DNA of 47,364 nucleotides from a virus (Duplodnaviria; Caudoviricetes). Position numbers and translations under genes: made by a program. The stretch covers positions 1 to 47,364 of IMG/VR virus record IMGVR_UViG_3300010376_000013; one strand, 5' to 3'. The notes under the pieces were generated by a model. The model was given only the letters and a program-made list of their open reading frames with translations. It did not search any database and was not told the DNA's origin. Position 1 is the first letter of the stretch. Each line of letters opens with the position of its first letter. This document shows, piece by piece, positions 23,327 to 34,215 of the stretch.

Positions 23327-26187
23327 ATCATCACCTTCAATGTAATTTGATTCGCAAACGGGTAGATACGCCAGCCGACGATCACGCCGTATGCCCCGTT
23401 GAACCAGACCCCGCCTATCGGGGTCGGGTACGTGAACTTGATGATATCGCCGTATTGCAGATCGGTGACTGCGGCGAACGTCGTCACGCCCACGCTAGCG
23501 GGATCGTCGTAGAATGCCGTGAACTCTACGAACGTGCGCTTGCCGGTCGTGCTGGTGCCGTCGCTGTAAATCTGCGGACGGAATATGCCGATGATACGGT
23601 CGATCTCGACTTGTGCATCTTCCGGATTGTCGAACAGCGAATCGAACACCGGCGCGCTCACGGCATTCACGTACTGCCCTGCGGGGAAGTATGCCGCCGT
23701 GCGCCAGTATTGGGACGTCCGCATGTACATCATCTTGAGCGATTGCGGCACCAGCACCTGATCGGTGATAAAGTCGCTGGCGCTGAACGGCGACGGATTA
23801 CGCCGCGAGCCAATCAGCGTAGTCAAGTTCTGCGCCTGGTCCACGGACACGACGATCGGACGCTTGACGTTGGTCTTGTCGAAGTCAGCCTTGATCGTCC
23901 TGGTCACGCCGAACGGCTTGGGGTCGCTGGGATCGACCAGACGGCGGAAGCGTAGCGTCCCCGTATTGTCGGTGAACACGGTGAAGCAACGCATGTCGAG
24001 CGCAGGGCGGATGCAGTCGTTCAGGATGTTCGGCGGCGAATCGAAGCTGATGCCCCACGGCAGCACCGTTCCTGCCGCGTAGGGGACGCCACCGATGGTG
24101 ATGGGCAGATCGCGCAGCGTGACGTTCGCCGCCTCGGTCGCGTTGAACAGACTCGCCTGCTCGTTGCCGCGGACGACGAGAATTTCGTTGAGGTAATTGG
24201 CGAACGGAATACCCTGCTGCGGGAACGTGGTGAACTGCCCCAACTGCTCCAGAATAATGTTGTAGATCAACGCCTGCCACGTTCCGGTCGGCTGCCCGGC
24301 GGTCTGCGCATACGTCGTGAGCATGATATACAGCTTGCGGTCAGCCCCGACGGGGACCGTGAACTCAAAGACGTAGTTGTGCGGAGACATGTAGTTGCCG
24401 GAGTAGTGCAACGGCTGGAGCGGATAACCCGAACCGGCGATGATGTCCCCCGTCTTGGGGTTGCCAGTCATGGTAGAAAGCAACGCCGTGGTGACGACGA
24501 TGCCGCCCGACTGCCATTGATCCTGCGTCACGGGGCCGGTCACGCCGTTCAGCGTGAAGTACAGACGATAAGTCATCCCTGCTTTCAGCACGGCGGTCGT
24601 CGTGGCGAGACACGCGCCATCGTTCGAGCCAACCTGACACAAGAGCTGACTGGTGAGGCCCATGACGGTCGCGCCGCTGCCGCCGTAGTTCGCCGCTCCC
24701 TTGGTGATCGTCCCGACCTTGCCCGACGCGCTCGGATCGTTGAACGTAAACGCCCATCCCGGCGGAACGAGTGGACTGCCAGCCCACGTACCGTTGAACT
24801 TGCCGTTGCCTCCCAGCACGTCCGCTACACCAGTAACGGGAGTCTGTGTACCGTAGCTGGAACAATCAACCGTGAGCTTGCCGACCGGCATCACATTCAG
24901 CTGGATGCCGCTGTTGCTCACCGCCGCGTTGTACTGCGGTGGACTGGAGTTAGGATCGAGTACCGCTGCCATGTCGGCGACCTTGGTGACGTTAGAAATC
25001 ACCGAGTCGTGCATGAGGAATATGCGGTTCGGCTGATCGATCAACTGCGGCACCCGGTTGCGGACCGAGCCGAACGTGAGCGGTACCATCTGGTTCGCCG
25101 CGCTCTGGTCTACGAACGGCGGATTGTAGAGCGACGGCAGCACCTTGTCCAGCCGCGCCAGCACGTCTTTCACCGTAACGTTCAGTATATCCTCGTTGCT
25201 GCTGTCCACGCTGTCGATCAAGAATGTGCCAAGCGTCGGCGCGCTGAGTATCGCCGTGCCGGTCAGCAACGAACCGGCGGGGACGGACTTCAGAACGATA
25301 ATACTGTCGCGCACGTCGCCAGTCAGCAATGCGTTGAAGTATCCATCGTAGTTGTCAAGCTGAAGCTGGCCGTATCCCGCAGGCTGAACGGTCGTGTCGC
25401 CGTCGGGCCAGACCTTGGGCTGGCGGTCGATGTAAAACTGCTCGGGGACGAGTATACGCGGACGGAACTGAGCATTCGCCGGTGTGTCTGCCGCCGACGA
25501 CGTGATGCCCTCGTCGATGATGCTAAGATAGAATGTGCTCTGCCCGCCGCTTATCACCTCCGAAAAGCCGGCAATGACAATGGGCGTCGCTACCGTGGCG
25601 ACGTTCGCCATCAGCGATGTATAGTTCAAGCGACGCTGGCCGAAGTTGAGGTAAGCGGATACATCACCCGGAGTGGCGCTGCCGATGCTGACCGCAGGCA
25701 CCCAGAACTTGCCTGTGGGGAGCGTCGCCTGTCCAAGATAATTGCCATCGACGCTCCACGAGACGAACGGCGCGCTTGGATCGTTGTACAGCAGCACAGA
25801 AATGACCGATCGTTCGGCAACGATCTGCGGAAACGCCGAGCCGACCAGAGCATTGTTGTTGTAGATGCCGCTGGCGTTCGCGCCGGTGCAGATATTCAGG
25901 CCGAAGGACGTCGTCTGTTCGCCGACCATCTTGCTGGTCAGGCTGTCCGGGGTCGCCACGCCCACGCTGCACAGATTCACCAACCCCGCGCTCGGACGCG
26001 AGTTGCTCCAGAACTGGCACTCGAATCCAATGTGGCCGCTGCCTAGCGCGAGCGTTCCGAAGCACGCGCGATGAATGTCGAGCGCCGCGCCATTCAACGG
26101 AGCTGTCGTGACGACCAGACCGCCCTGCTGTACTGAGAGGTTAGCATCGCAGCGGTTCGGGTCGAGAACAGAGTAGATTACGCTCAT
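23323..26187 (-). CDS. Tail hub/tip protein with N-terminal SPRY-like domain
   Basis: LDPNRCDANLSV...GTLALGSG..FEC...SVGVAT SPRY-like pattern; GQLQLDNYDG and VPLTFGSVRN tail motifs. Confidence 0.6.
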   Translation of the reverse strand: MSVIYSVLDPNRCDANLSVQQGGLVVTTAPLNGAALDIHRACFGTLALGSGHIGFECQFWSNSRPSAGLVNLCSVGVATPDSLTSKMVGEQTTSFGLNICTGANASGIYNNNALVGSAFPQIVAERSVISVLLYNDPSAPFVSWSVDGNYLGQATLPTGKFWVPAVSIGSATPGDVSAYLNFGQRRLNYTSLMANVATVATPIVIAGFSEVISGGQSTFYLSIIDEGITSSAADTPANAQFRPRILVPEQFYIDRQPKVWPDGDTTVQPAGYGQLQLDNYDGYFNALLTGDVRDSIIVLKSVPAGSLLTGTAILSAPTLGTFLIDSVDSSNEDILNVTVKDVLARLDKVLPSLYNPPFVDQSAANQMVPLTFGSVRNRVPQLIDQPNRIFLMHDSVISNVTKVADMAAVLDPNSSPPQYNAAVSNSGIQLNVMPVGKLTVDCSSYGTQTPVTGVADVLGGNGKFNGTWAGSPLVPPGWAFTFNDPSASGKVGTITKGAANYGGSGATVMGLTSQLLCQVGSNDGACLATTTAVLKAGMTYRLYFTLNGVTGPVTQDQWQSGGIVVTTALLSTMTGNPKTGDIIAGSGYPLQPLHYSGNYMSPHNYVFEFTVPVGADRKLYIMLTTYAQTAGQPTGTWQALIYNIILEQLGQFTTFPQQGIPFANYLNEILVVRGNEQASLFNATEAANVTLRDLPITIGGVPYAAGTVLPWGISFDSPPNILNDCIRPALDMRCFTVFTDNTGTLRFRRLVDPSDPKPFGVTRTIKADFDKTNVKRPIVVSVDQAQNLTTLIGSRRNPSPFSASDFITDQVLVPQSLKMMYMRTSQYWRTAAYFPAGQYVNAVSAPVFDSLFDNPEDAQVEIDRIIGIFRPQIYSDGTSTTGKRTFVEFTAFYDDPASVGVTTFAAVTDLQYGDIIKFTYPTPIGGVWFNGAYGVIVGWRIYPFANQITLKVMI

Positions 26188-26198
26188 CGTGATAACCC

Positions 26199-28949
26199 TT
26201 AGACGTTCTGGCAAGACGACATGAAGAAGTAGTTTGTGCCGTCAAAGAAGAATTCCAGCACTGAAGTCTTGGCGAGCGTAACTGTTACCGGGGGAGCGCC
26301 CTTGACCGTGGCGGGCCACGTGATTGTCGGGGTCGTACCGCTCGCCGGAGCAATAAGTTTCAACATCAAGATGCACGGATTGGGCGGAGACGTGAATGTG
26401 AACGTCGTGTTCACCGCAGTTACCAGCGTCACCGTCTGCACGAACCCCGCCGGCCAATTGACCGTGGTCGCCGCCGTGCTGGCGGTCTGCGATGTATTGA
26501 CACAACCGAACGTCTGCGATTGCAGTTCGCCCTTGACATTGAGCAAGCCGTTCTGCGTGCCCGCACCGCCCGCGCCGATCCAGATCGTCGGCCCCGTCAG
26601 GCTGATGCCCATGATATTCTGAACAAAGCCGTTGGCTGTCGTGCGCTTCTGGAATGTCAACGTTCCTGCTGCGTCGTAGGCGTTGGTGAAATTCAACGAC
26701 AATGCGCTGGTGGGGGAGCCATTGCCGTTGCGAAACAGGATGCGCGTATCCGCCGTCGTGCCGCCATCCAGCAGCACGCCGCCGCCCACGGTGCTGTTCC
26801 ATTCCCACAGCGTTCCATTCGGTCCATAGAACTGCCCTAGAACCGCATGCGTCGCATCACCGAACTGCGCGATGGTCGGAGTAATGCGTGCGATATAGGT
26901 GAAGGTTACGCCATCAGGAGTATCGAAGAAGTAGAAACCGCCCGCGCCCGCACTATGATAATTGACGAAATCGGTTTCCGCCGTGCCCGCAATTCGATTC
27001 CAGCCGAAATATGATCCATTGCCCTGCGCTGCGACCGTTGCGTCAGCCCACCCATTCGCCGCCTTGAGCATGTTGCCAGCGATCAGAGTTCCCGCCGCGC
27101 CAGCCACGGTGAAGTTCGCCGTGCCGCTGCTCGCCGCCGCGAACGTAAAGCCATTGTTGAACGCCTTGACGCCGGCGAACGTCTGCGCCACGATGCTCAC
27201 TGCGCCTGGAAAGGAAACGCTGGCCGCTTCAAGATTCAGCACCTGCCCGACCAGCGTCATGCCGTTCGCATTGGGGGAACTGCCCAACGCGGCAAGACTC
27301 ACGTTGCCGGTATTCGTGCCGGACAGGTTCGATCCAGTCACTGCGCCGGTCGCGGCAACGGCACCAGCGAACGTCGCGTTCAGCGTGTTCGCCGTGATTC
27401 CCAGGACCACGTTTCCCGTACGATTCATCAACGAAACGTCGTTCGTCGTCCCAAACCCGTAGATGGTCGCGCCGGTGGCCGCGCCGCAATACAGCGATGA
27501 CCACGCGCCCGCCAGTGCGCCGGGGAACGCCACCGCCGCCGTGTTGCTGAAAACGTTGGTCGTGTTCAGGTTGCCAGTGACCAGCGAGCCGCCCGTGACG
27601 TTGAATCCTCCCGCGTTTATCGTCAGGCCACCCGCCGTTATCGTGACATTCGCATTCGACTGAATACCGTTGGCGAACGTCTTCATACCCGCGAAAGTCT
27701 GCGCCACGGTTGAGACGCCGCCGGGGAAGCTCGTGCTGGCCGGTTGCAGCGTGAGCATGCTGCCGGACGTACTGGCGCCAGCCGCGTTCGGAGAAGTGCC
27801 GAACGATCCGATAGAATTGAAATAGCCCTGCGTCCCGGGCCATGCCGGATCGCCATCGACCGTCGCCGTCAGCGAATCTGACGTGACATTGAACGCCGCA
27901 CCGAAGTTCTGCGTCTGCGGCCCTTGCAGGCCGACCCCGGACGTTGAATCCTGCATCTGTATCGCCGTGTTTGGCCCGACGACATAGAGGCCGACGCCGG
28001 GAGCATGGACCACTGCCCCGCACGCATCTACGACATCATATTGTATGCCAGCCTGCGGCACCAGCGGCACCAGCCGATCTGGCTTGCCATACGCCACGCC
28101 GGCATTCGTTATTTTGATCCAATCCATGCCGTTCGCCACGCTGCTGCTTATGCGCGAAAGATTGGTGATGCGGAACGGTGGCACTCCCGTATTCGCGATG
28201 ACGCCAAAGGCCAGATTCGCGGTATTGTAACCCTGACCGATCGGGTAGCCGTAGATCGAAGCAATGAGATTGGGGTAGTTCGTTCCCAGCGTCACCGGAA
28301 CAGAAGTGCTGATGGTGTTGGTCCAGGTCAGCGGGGAAGCGACCAGCATGTAGAACGGCAGATCGATGACGTCGCCCGACGCATCTGTGCCGCGCAGGGT
28401 GAACGTGTATCCAAGACCGCCCGTGCTGCCTGGACCGCCGCCGCTGTTCGCCGCAAGCGTACCGGCAAGAACGCCGGTGTTCGCTGTACTGGTCAGCGTG
28501 ATGCCACCGGGAAGCGCGCCATTCAACAGTGTCCAGGTCAACGACGTAGTGAAGCCACTGGCGGCGACGGCGTAGCTGTACGCGCATCCTTCCTCCATCG
28601 GCAGAAGAGTCGCGGCGGTCGCCGTCATCTTCGACACAACGTTGATGGTAAAGACCATCGTATAGGTCGCGGGCGTCGGCGTGGCGCTGTCCGTCACTGT
28701 GGCGATTACTGAAACCAGACCGACCGCCGTCGGGGTGCCATTCAATACGCCGGTCGAAGATGTGATGGTCAACCACGCAGGCGGACTGGTCAGCGAATAG
28801 GTGTACGGACCCGTGCCGCCGCGCCCGATCAGCGATCCAATGATGGGCGAACCTTTCCGCACCGGCAACGTGATGTTCGTTTCGAGACGGAGATTACTCG
28901 CCCCCGCTGCGGGGGATACCGTCAGCGCGAGATTACGACGTACAAGCAT
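26199..28949 (-). CDS. Tail fibre/receptor-binding protein with Ig-like (He_PIG) domains
   Basis: GGTGPYTYSL...PAWLTI...GVLNGTPT and LPGGITL Ig-like repeats; directly after tape measure. Confidence 0.7.
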   Translation of the reverse strand: MLVRRNLALTVSPAAGASNLRLETNITLPVRKGSPIIGSLIGRGGTGPYTYSLTSPPAWLTITSSTGVLNGTPTAVGLVSVIATVTDSATPTPATYTMVFTINVVSKMTATAATLLPMEEGCAYSYAVAASGFTTSLTWTLLNGALPGGITLTSTANTGVLAGTLAANSGGGPGSTGGLGYTFTLRGTDASGDVIDLPFYMLVASPLTWTNTISTSVPVTLGTNYPNLIASIYGYPIGQGYNTANLAFGVIANTGVPPFRITNLSRISSSVANGMDWIKITNAGVAYGKPDRLVPLVPQAGIQYDVVDACGAVVHAPGVGLYVVGPNTAIQMQDSTSGVGLQGPQTQNFGAAFNVTSDSLTATVDGDPAWPGTQGYFNSIGSFGTSPNAAGASTSGSMLTLQPASTSFPGGVSTVAQTFAGMKTFANGIQSNANVTITAGGLTINAGGFNVTGGSLVTGNLNTTNVFSNTAAVAFPGALAGAWSSLYCGAATGATIYGFGTTNDVSLMNRTGNVVLGITANTLNATFAGAVAATGAVTGSNLSGTNTGNVSLAALGSSPNANGMTLVGQVLNLEAASVSFPGAVSIVAQTFAGVKAFNNGFTFAAASSGTANFTVAGAAGTLIAGNMLKAANGWADATVAAQGNGSYFGWNRIAGTAETDFVNYHSAGAGGFYFFDTPDGVTFTYIARITPTIAQFGDATHAVLGQFYGPNGTLWEWNSTVGGGVLLDGGTTADTRILFRNGNGSPTSALSLNFTNAYDAAGTLTFQKRTTANGFVQNIMGISLTGPTIWIGAGGAGTQNGLLNVKGELQSQTFGCVNTSQTASTAATTVNWPAGFVQTVTLVTAVNTTFTFTSPPNPCILMLKLIAPASGTTPTITWPATVKGAPPVTVTLAKTSVLEFFFDGTNYFFMSSCQNV

Positions 28950-28951
28950 GA

Positions 28952-31900
28952 CTATCTCCCGCGGATGTTACGATTGACGTTCGTGACCGGCATCAACGCC
29001 CGTGCCGTGGCAGTGCCGATGGCGGTGGCGTCATCATCGCTGATGGCACGCGCCGTCCGCATTCCAGGCTTGCCGCTGGTAGACGGCGTTCCACCGTCGC
29101 TGCTCGGCATGATACTCTTGATGGCAGCAGCGATCTGCGGAGGCAGCGCAGTGATGGCGTTGACGATGTCGGTCGTGTTCTGGTCGGCGCTATTGGTCTG
29201 CTTTTCCAGATTCTCGAGGTATGCCTTGAGCTCGGCATCAGACTTGAGGCCCAGTCCCTTTTCCAGCGCCGCCGTGTTGATTTTCATGTCGGACAGTACG
29301 GTCATCACATCCTTGCCGCTCGCTCCTGCGATGTCGGCGACGTTGTGCGCCAGATTCTGGAAGCTGGCCGCAGTCTGCGCTGCCGCCGCCGAATCGCGGT
29401 TCGTGATCAGCTGCAACAGATTATTCTTGTCGTCAGGCGACATCTTGTTCCACTGCGCCTGCGTCAGTCCGGTGCCGATCCACTGCTGCATGGTATCGGT
29501 CCAATCTTTCGGCATCGTCTTGTCTGCTGCCGCGCCGCCGGTAGTGTCGCCGCCGATGGTCTTGGTATAGATGCCGCCAGCCAGTTTTCCAGCGCCGCCG
29601 CCCTTGGAGGGGTCGCTGTACTGCATGACTTCGTTGAACAGCTGAACGTAGGCCTCAGACGAAGCGTACAGACGCTGACCAATCTGCAATACCTGCTCGC
29701 GCGTCGCGCCGGTGCCCTGTTGCAGACTCGTGAGCGCGTACTGCAACTTCTGCTGGTCGTTGAGCGTCGAAAGCGAGCCGAGCATCAGGTTGATGCTGTC
29801 GGTCGCAATCTTCGCTACCGTCTGCATCGTCGCACCATACTGCCCGGTGGCGATGTTCACCGTGCGTGCGGAAGTCGCCACGGTGTCATTGGTCGTGGTC
29901 GCCTGCTGCGCAGACTTGATTATGGCGTCAATCGAATCGTTCATCTGCTGCAACGTGCCGACGTTCGTCACTTTGAGACTGAACGCCAGTTGCTGAGCAG
30001 AATCTTCCAGTTGCAGTAGAGCTGCCGCCGCCTGCGCCGCAGCGTATTCGTGGATATGCGCCAGATCTTCTTCGGATGCACCCTGCGCGCCCGCCGCCTT
30101 CGCCAGCGCATTCGCCTGCGCGATGTTGGCGATCATCTGTTGGTTGATCTGTCCTAGCGCCGCCTGGAAGTTGGTCGTGTACTGCGTGGGCGGAATGAAC
30201 TGCCCGACGAACTGATTGTACGCAGCCTGAGCCTTCGCCAGACGGTCGTAGGTCTGCGTCAACGATTCGCCAGCCTGCTGATTCGCCTCGACGAACTTCA
30301 TGACGTCCTGGACGGTCTGGGTCGCCCCAAGCGCCATGAACTTCATGCCATTCTGCAGATTGGCGACCGCCGTTGCCGTTGCCGTGGCGAAGTCTTGGAC
30401 CGCGGCCCAATACTTGTCTGCGTCAGCCTTGAAGCCAGAAACGAACTTGCTCGCTCCCAGACCCATCTTGTCGAGGACTTCGAGGAACGAACCAGCCTGG
30501 ATGCGCTCGGCGAACTGCTGCTGAGTCTCGCCCTTGAACGTCTCGCCGCCGACGACACTGGTCATCGTCTGCTTGCCAGCCTTGTCCGTCGCAATCTTGA
30601 ATGTACCTGCCACGACCTCCGCCGCCTGCCCGCCCACCGCAGTAGCGAAGTCTTGAACATTCTTGAGAATGGCCTGATACATCTGGTCCGCGGCGGCGTT
30701 CTGCTCCTCGGTACCAGCCTGCGAGACAGTCTTGTACGACGTGCCGCCAAACAGTGCTTTCTTCTTCGATTCGGTGATGTAGTCCTGAACGCTGCCGCCT
30801 CCGGGGCCAATCGAGATGTCGGCCTCTGTCGCGCCGGTGGGCGCGTACTTGGTGCCGAACAGTCCACCGCCGGTCATCGAATTGATGAGCGCCGCCGCGC
30901 CCGCGATCCAACCGATGACGGGGACGAAGTACGCCGCCACGCCAAGACCGACGCCACCGATGATACCGCCTGCCTTGCCGCCGATGGCAGAGCCAAGTTC
31001 ATAGCCACCGAAGACGCCGCCGAGGACACTGCCGATCGCTCCGGCCCAAGAACCGCTCGCGCCGGACATCATGCTGTCCATGCTGCTGTTCAAAAAGCCG
31101 GTCGTGAATGTTTCACCGGCAGCTTGTCCTGCTCCAGTCGCCCAATTCGTCAGCGCGTAACCGCCGCCCTCGATGCCGGTCTGTCCTGCGGCCAGAACGC
31201 CAGCCCCACCGAGATCGGTGCCGCCGAACAGGAACGTGCCAAGACCGCCGAGTCCAGAACCGCCAAGCAGATTGCTGATGCCACCGCCAAGATTGGATAC
31301 GCCGCCAATTCCGCCACCGCCAGCTCCGCCGCCACCGCCCATCATGTAAGACTGCGCCGCCTGCATGCCAAGTGTCATGGGATTGACGCCGCCCGCGCCT
31401 CCGTAGGGGGCGGCACTAAATCCCAGGCTCGACATGAGCGGCCCAAGGAATTGCAGCTCCAGGGCCGTCGCAATCATCTGCGAGATGGTGTGCTGGAAGT
31501 CCGACAACATCGTCTTCCAGAAGTCCTTCATTGTCTTGACCTGCCCTGTCAGCAGGTCGCCGATCTCACTGAACACCGACTTGAATCCGCCGGCGATCTC
31601 ATTTTCAAAGTCCTGCATTCCTTTCTTGGCAAAATCGACTGCCTCTTTCCAATCGTACCAAGACTTCGCGCTCGTCGCCACGCCCTCGCGCACTTCGTCA
31701 AGAGTTTGCTTCATTTGGACGCCGGCTTCCTGAGCAGCAATGTACTTCTTGGTCGCCTCGTCAACCGCCGCCGCGATGAACTTTTCTTCCTTGGTGAATG
31801 CTTCCTGCTTGGCCGAGTCGCCAAGCATCTTCTGGTATTCGCCCAGAACATCGGCGCGCCTAGCAAGCGCCTCCTGACTCTTTTCCATTTCGGCGCGCGC

Positions 31901-34018
31901 CGCAGCCTCGCCACGGCGAAATTCTTCGGCAGCGGCAGCAGCGTCCCCATGCGCCTTGATGTACGCCTGCATCTTGCTGACGAGTTCGTTGATCGACTTC
32001 TGGTACTCGTCCCATATCTTGAGCTGCGGGTTCGACTTTTCTTCGAGCGACAGCACCGCGTCTTCAAGATTACGATACGCCTGCGCCACGTCGGCGACGG
32101 TCTTGGGGTGTTCCTTGAACTTCGTCTCGATATTCTCGATAAGGTGAATATAGTCGGTCAAGGCATTCTTGCCACCGGCGAAGAAGTTGACGACCGATTC
32201 CAAGCCATGCTGGAATCCCTGAAATGGATTTGCCGCCGCTGCCGCCAGCCAGCCCTGTACCATCGTCATGTATGCGATGGTCGCCTTCTGTATCGCCTCG
32301 GTCATCTTATCGACCTTGGGGGCGAACTCTTGCGCCATCTTGTTGGCGGTCGCTTCCGCCGCGATGCCGGCGTCCTGCAACGCCTGAAGATGTGCTTTCT
32401 CGGCGGCGACGGCCTTTTCAGTAGACGAGGTATCAGCTTCCTCCATGCGCAGCATGTTCAGTTTGCCGCGCAGAAGCTCGACGTTATCGGCGAACTTCTG
32501 GAGTATTGGCCCGCCCGCGACGAAACTCAGCGCCTTGAGCTCGACCTCAGCTTCTTGAAGCTCAGCAGTCATCTTCGCTATGCGCGCAGGGAGCGACTCG
32601 TCGAACGAATTCTTCATGGCATTCCATTGCACGTTCCAGTAATCGAAGAACCCGCGCCATGCGGCGACGAGTCTCGGCACATGCTCTTCCTGAGCTGCCA
32701 ACGCATTGGCTCCTGCGTCGGCAAACGCCTTCTGCGCTTCCGCCGCCGCTCCGGCAGCGTCGCCCATCTTCTGCATGGCGACGATGACTTCGTACTCCGC
32801 CATCGTCAAGTAGTGGAATTGCTCGTTGAGCTTTTGCGACTGCTTGACGGGGTCGTCGCCGAGCTTGTTGAACTCAGCAACAACGGTCTTCACGCTTTCG
32901 CCGGTAAGCTCGGCCCATGCCGCAGCGCCGCGCGCAACTTCATCGAAGTTTTCAGTCAGCACCTTGCCGGACTGCGCCAGCGCCAGCACTGCATCACGAG
33001 CCTCGCCGAAGTTATGGATTTCCCCGCCGATGTCAGCAGCAAGCTCGCGCAGATCAGTGGCAGTCTTTCCAGCGATTCCGCCGGTCGCCAAGATCGCCTT
33101 GTTGTACTCATCGATCTCCTTTCCACCTTCAAACACGGCGACGCCGACCGCCGCGAGCGCCGCTCCTACGGCAAGGATAGGCGCACCAAGAGAGACCAAT
33201 CCCGAAGCCAAGTCTTTGAGATAACCGGTGCTGTTGCCGAGCGCGGCGATGCTGCGCTGCATCCGGGCGAAGTTGCCGGACAGCATCTCGCTAATAAGGA
33301 CGCCTACTTCGTAGGCCGTGCGAGAACTGACGGCAACCTCGGTGTTCGCCGCCGCAAGTTCCTTCAATGCCAACGCACTCTGCTTGTTGACAGCAGTCAG
33401 CGCTTCTTGAATACGCGCCTGATTGGCGGCAGCGTTTGCCTCGACCGCCGCCGCGATGGCTGCCTCTTCCGCGGCTTTCTTTTTCAGCGCCTCGGCAGCG
33501 GCGTACTCCTCGGCTTCTTTCGCCTTCGCCGCGCGCAGAGCATCGCTGGCCGCTATCTGCGCATTGAATGCTTCCCTACCGCCCGCTGCCGCGACCTGCT
33601 CCGCTTCGAGAATGGCGCGCTGAGATTGAACGATGCTTTTCGAGCTATCCTGCCACGCCGCAGCTTCCTGGACGACCTTGGCTATGCGCTCGTCGGTCGC
33701 AGCGTTCTCCTCAGTCCGCGCCGCAGCAAGAGCTTGAGATGCTGCGGCGAGAGTCCTGTCGGCATCGACCAGCTTTTCCTTGTACGCAACCTCAAGCTCT
33801 ATCGCCTCGTCAACCTGCTCCATCGACGAAAGCTCGACGTATTTCAAGATTTCAAGTTGCGCCTTGGCATCGTTGATGCTGCGCTGCGCCGTCGCAGCAA
33901 TCTTTTCTAGATTACCAACGATGCTCAGTCCAGTCGTTTGCGAAGAAGCGGCAGCCGCATTCATTCCGTCGATGAATGGCTGCGGATTAGCAGTGATTGT
34001 AACGTTTACGTCGGACAC
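28952..34018 (-). CDS. Tail tape measure protein
   Basis: 1688 aa, Ala-rich helical; lambda-type segment DPVKQSQKLNEQFHYLT; follows tail chaperones. Confidence 0.92.
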   Translation of the reverse strand: MSDVNVTITANPQPFIDGMNAAAASSQTTGLSIVGNLEKIAATAQRSINDAKAQLEILKYVELSSMEQVDEAIELEVAYKEKLVDADRTLAAASQALAAARTEENAATDERIAKVVQEAAAWQDSSKSIVQSQRAILEAEQVAAAGGREAFNAQIAASDALRAAKAKEAEEYAAAEALKKKAAEEAAIAAAVEANAAANQARIQEALTAVNKQSALALKELAAANTEVAVSSRTAYEVGVLISEMLSGNFARMQRSIAALGNSTGYLKDLASGLVSLGAPILAVGAALAAVGVAVFEGGKEIDEYNKAILATGGIAGKTATDLRELAADIGGEIHNFGEARDAVLALAQSGKVLTENFDEVARGAAAWAELTGESVKTVVAEFNKLGDDPVKQSQKLNEQFHYLTMAEYEVIVAMQKMGDAAGAAAEAQKAFADAGANALAAQEEHVPRLVAAWRGFFDYWNVQWNAMKNSFDESLPARIAKMTAELQEAEVELKALSFVAGGPILQKFADNVELLRGKLNMLRMEEADTSSTEKAVAAEKAHLQALQDAGIAAEATANKMAQEFAPKVDKMTEAIQKATIAYMTMVQGWLAAAAANPFQGFQHGLESVVNFFAGGKNALTDYIHLIENIETKFKEHPKTVADVAQAYRNLEDAVLSLEEKSNPQLKIWDEYQKSINELVSKMQAYIKAHGDAAAAAEEFRRGEAAARAEMEKSQEALARRADVLGEYQKMLGDSAKQEAFTKEEKFIAAAVDEATKKYIAAQEAGVQMKQTLDEVREGVATSAKSWYDWKEAVDFAKKGMQDFENEIAGGFKSVFSEIGDLLTGQVKTMKDFWKTMLSDFQHTISQMIATALELQFLGPLMSSLGFSAAPYGGAGGVNPMTLGMQAAQSYMMGGGGGAGGGGIGGVSNLGGGISNLLGGSGLGGLGTFLFGGTDLGGAGVLAAGQTGIEGGGYALTNWATGAGQAAGETFTTGFLNSSMDSMMSGASGSWAGAIGSVLGGVFGGYELGSAIGGKAGGIIGGVGLGVAAYFVPVIGWIAGAAALINSMTGGGLFGTKYAPTGATEADISIGPGGGSVQDYITESKKKALFGGTSYKTVSQAGTEEQNAAADQMYQAILKNVQDFATAVGGQAAEVVAGTFKIATDKAGKQTMTSVVGGETFKGETQQQFAERIQAGSFLEVLDKMGLGASKFVSGFKADADKYWAAVQDFATATATAVANLQNGMKFMALGATQTVQDVMKFVEANQQAGESLTQTYDRLAKAQAAYNQFVGQFIPPTQYTTNFQAALGQINQQMIANIAQANALAKAAGAQGASEEDLAHIHEYAAAQAAAALLQLEDSAQQLAFSLKVTNVGTLQQMNDSIDAIIKSAQQATTTNDTVATSARTVNIATGQYGATMQTVAKIATDSINLMLGSLSTLNDQQKLQYALTSLQQGTGATREQVLQIGQRLYASSEAYVQLFNEVMQYSDPSKGGGAGKLAGGIYTKTIGGDTTGGAAADKTMPKDWTDTMQQWIGTGLTQAQWNKMSPDDKNNLLQLITNRDSAAAAQTAASFQNLAHNVADIAGASGKDVMTVLSDMKINTAALEKGLGLKSDAELKAYLENLEKQTNSADQNTTDIVNAITALPPQIAAAIKSIMPSSDGGTPSTSGKPGMRTARAISDDDATAIGTATARALMPVTNVNRNIRGR

Positions 34019-34215
34019 GGCAGTACTCCGTCCTCTAAAGCCGCCTCAAGAATCTCCTGCGGCGTTATCTGATCATTAGCCATGCGCAAATAGTACAGTA
34101 CCTCCACCATGTCCTTCATAGTCATCCTGCCCTCAAGCTCAGAGGGCAGGACGTAGAATACCTCGACAGCCAGTTGGACTAGGAGCTTGCGGCTGGCGTC
34201 GCGTCGGAGTTTTTT
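34006..34215 (-). CDS. Tail assembly chaperone gpT-like part (expressed by -1 frameshift)
   Basis: The -1 frame opens at the A-AAA-AAC heptamer; LAVEVFYVLPSELEGRMT..D. Confidence 0.7.
   Translation of the reverse strand, partial: KKLRRDASRKLLVQLAVEVFYVLPSELEGRMTMKDMVEVLYYLRMANDQITPQEILEAALEDGVLPCPT

Noticed and set aside
30395-33910. 1171-aa plus-strand ORF
   Set aside because: Antisense shadow of the tape measure gene in GC-rich DNA; no motif or clear RBS
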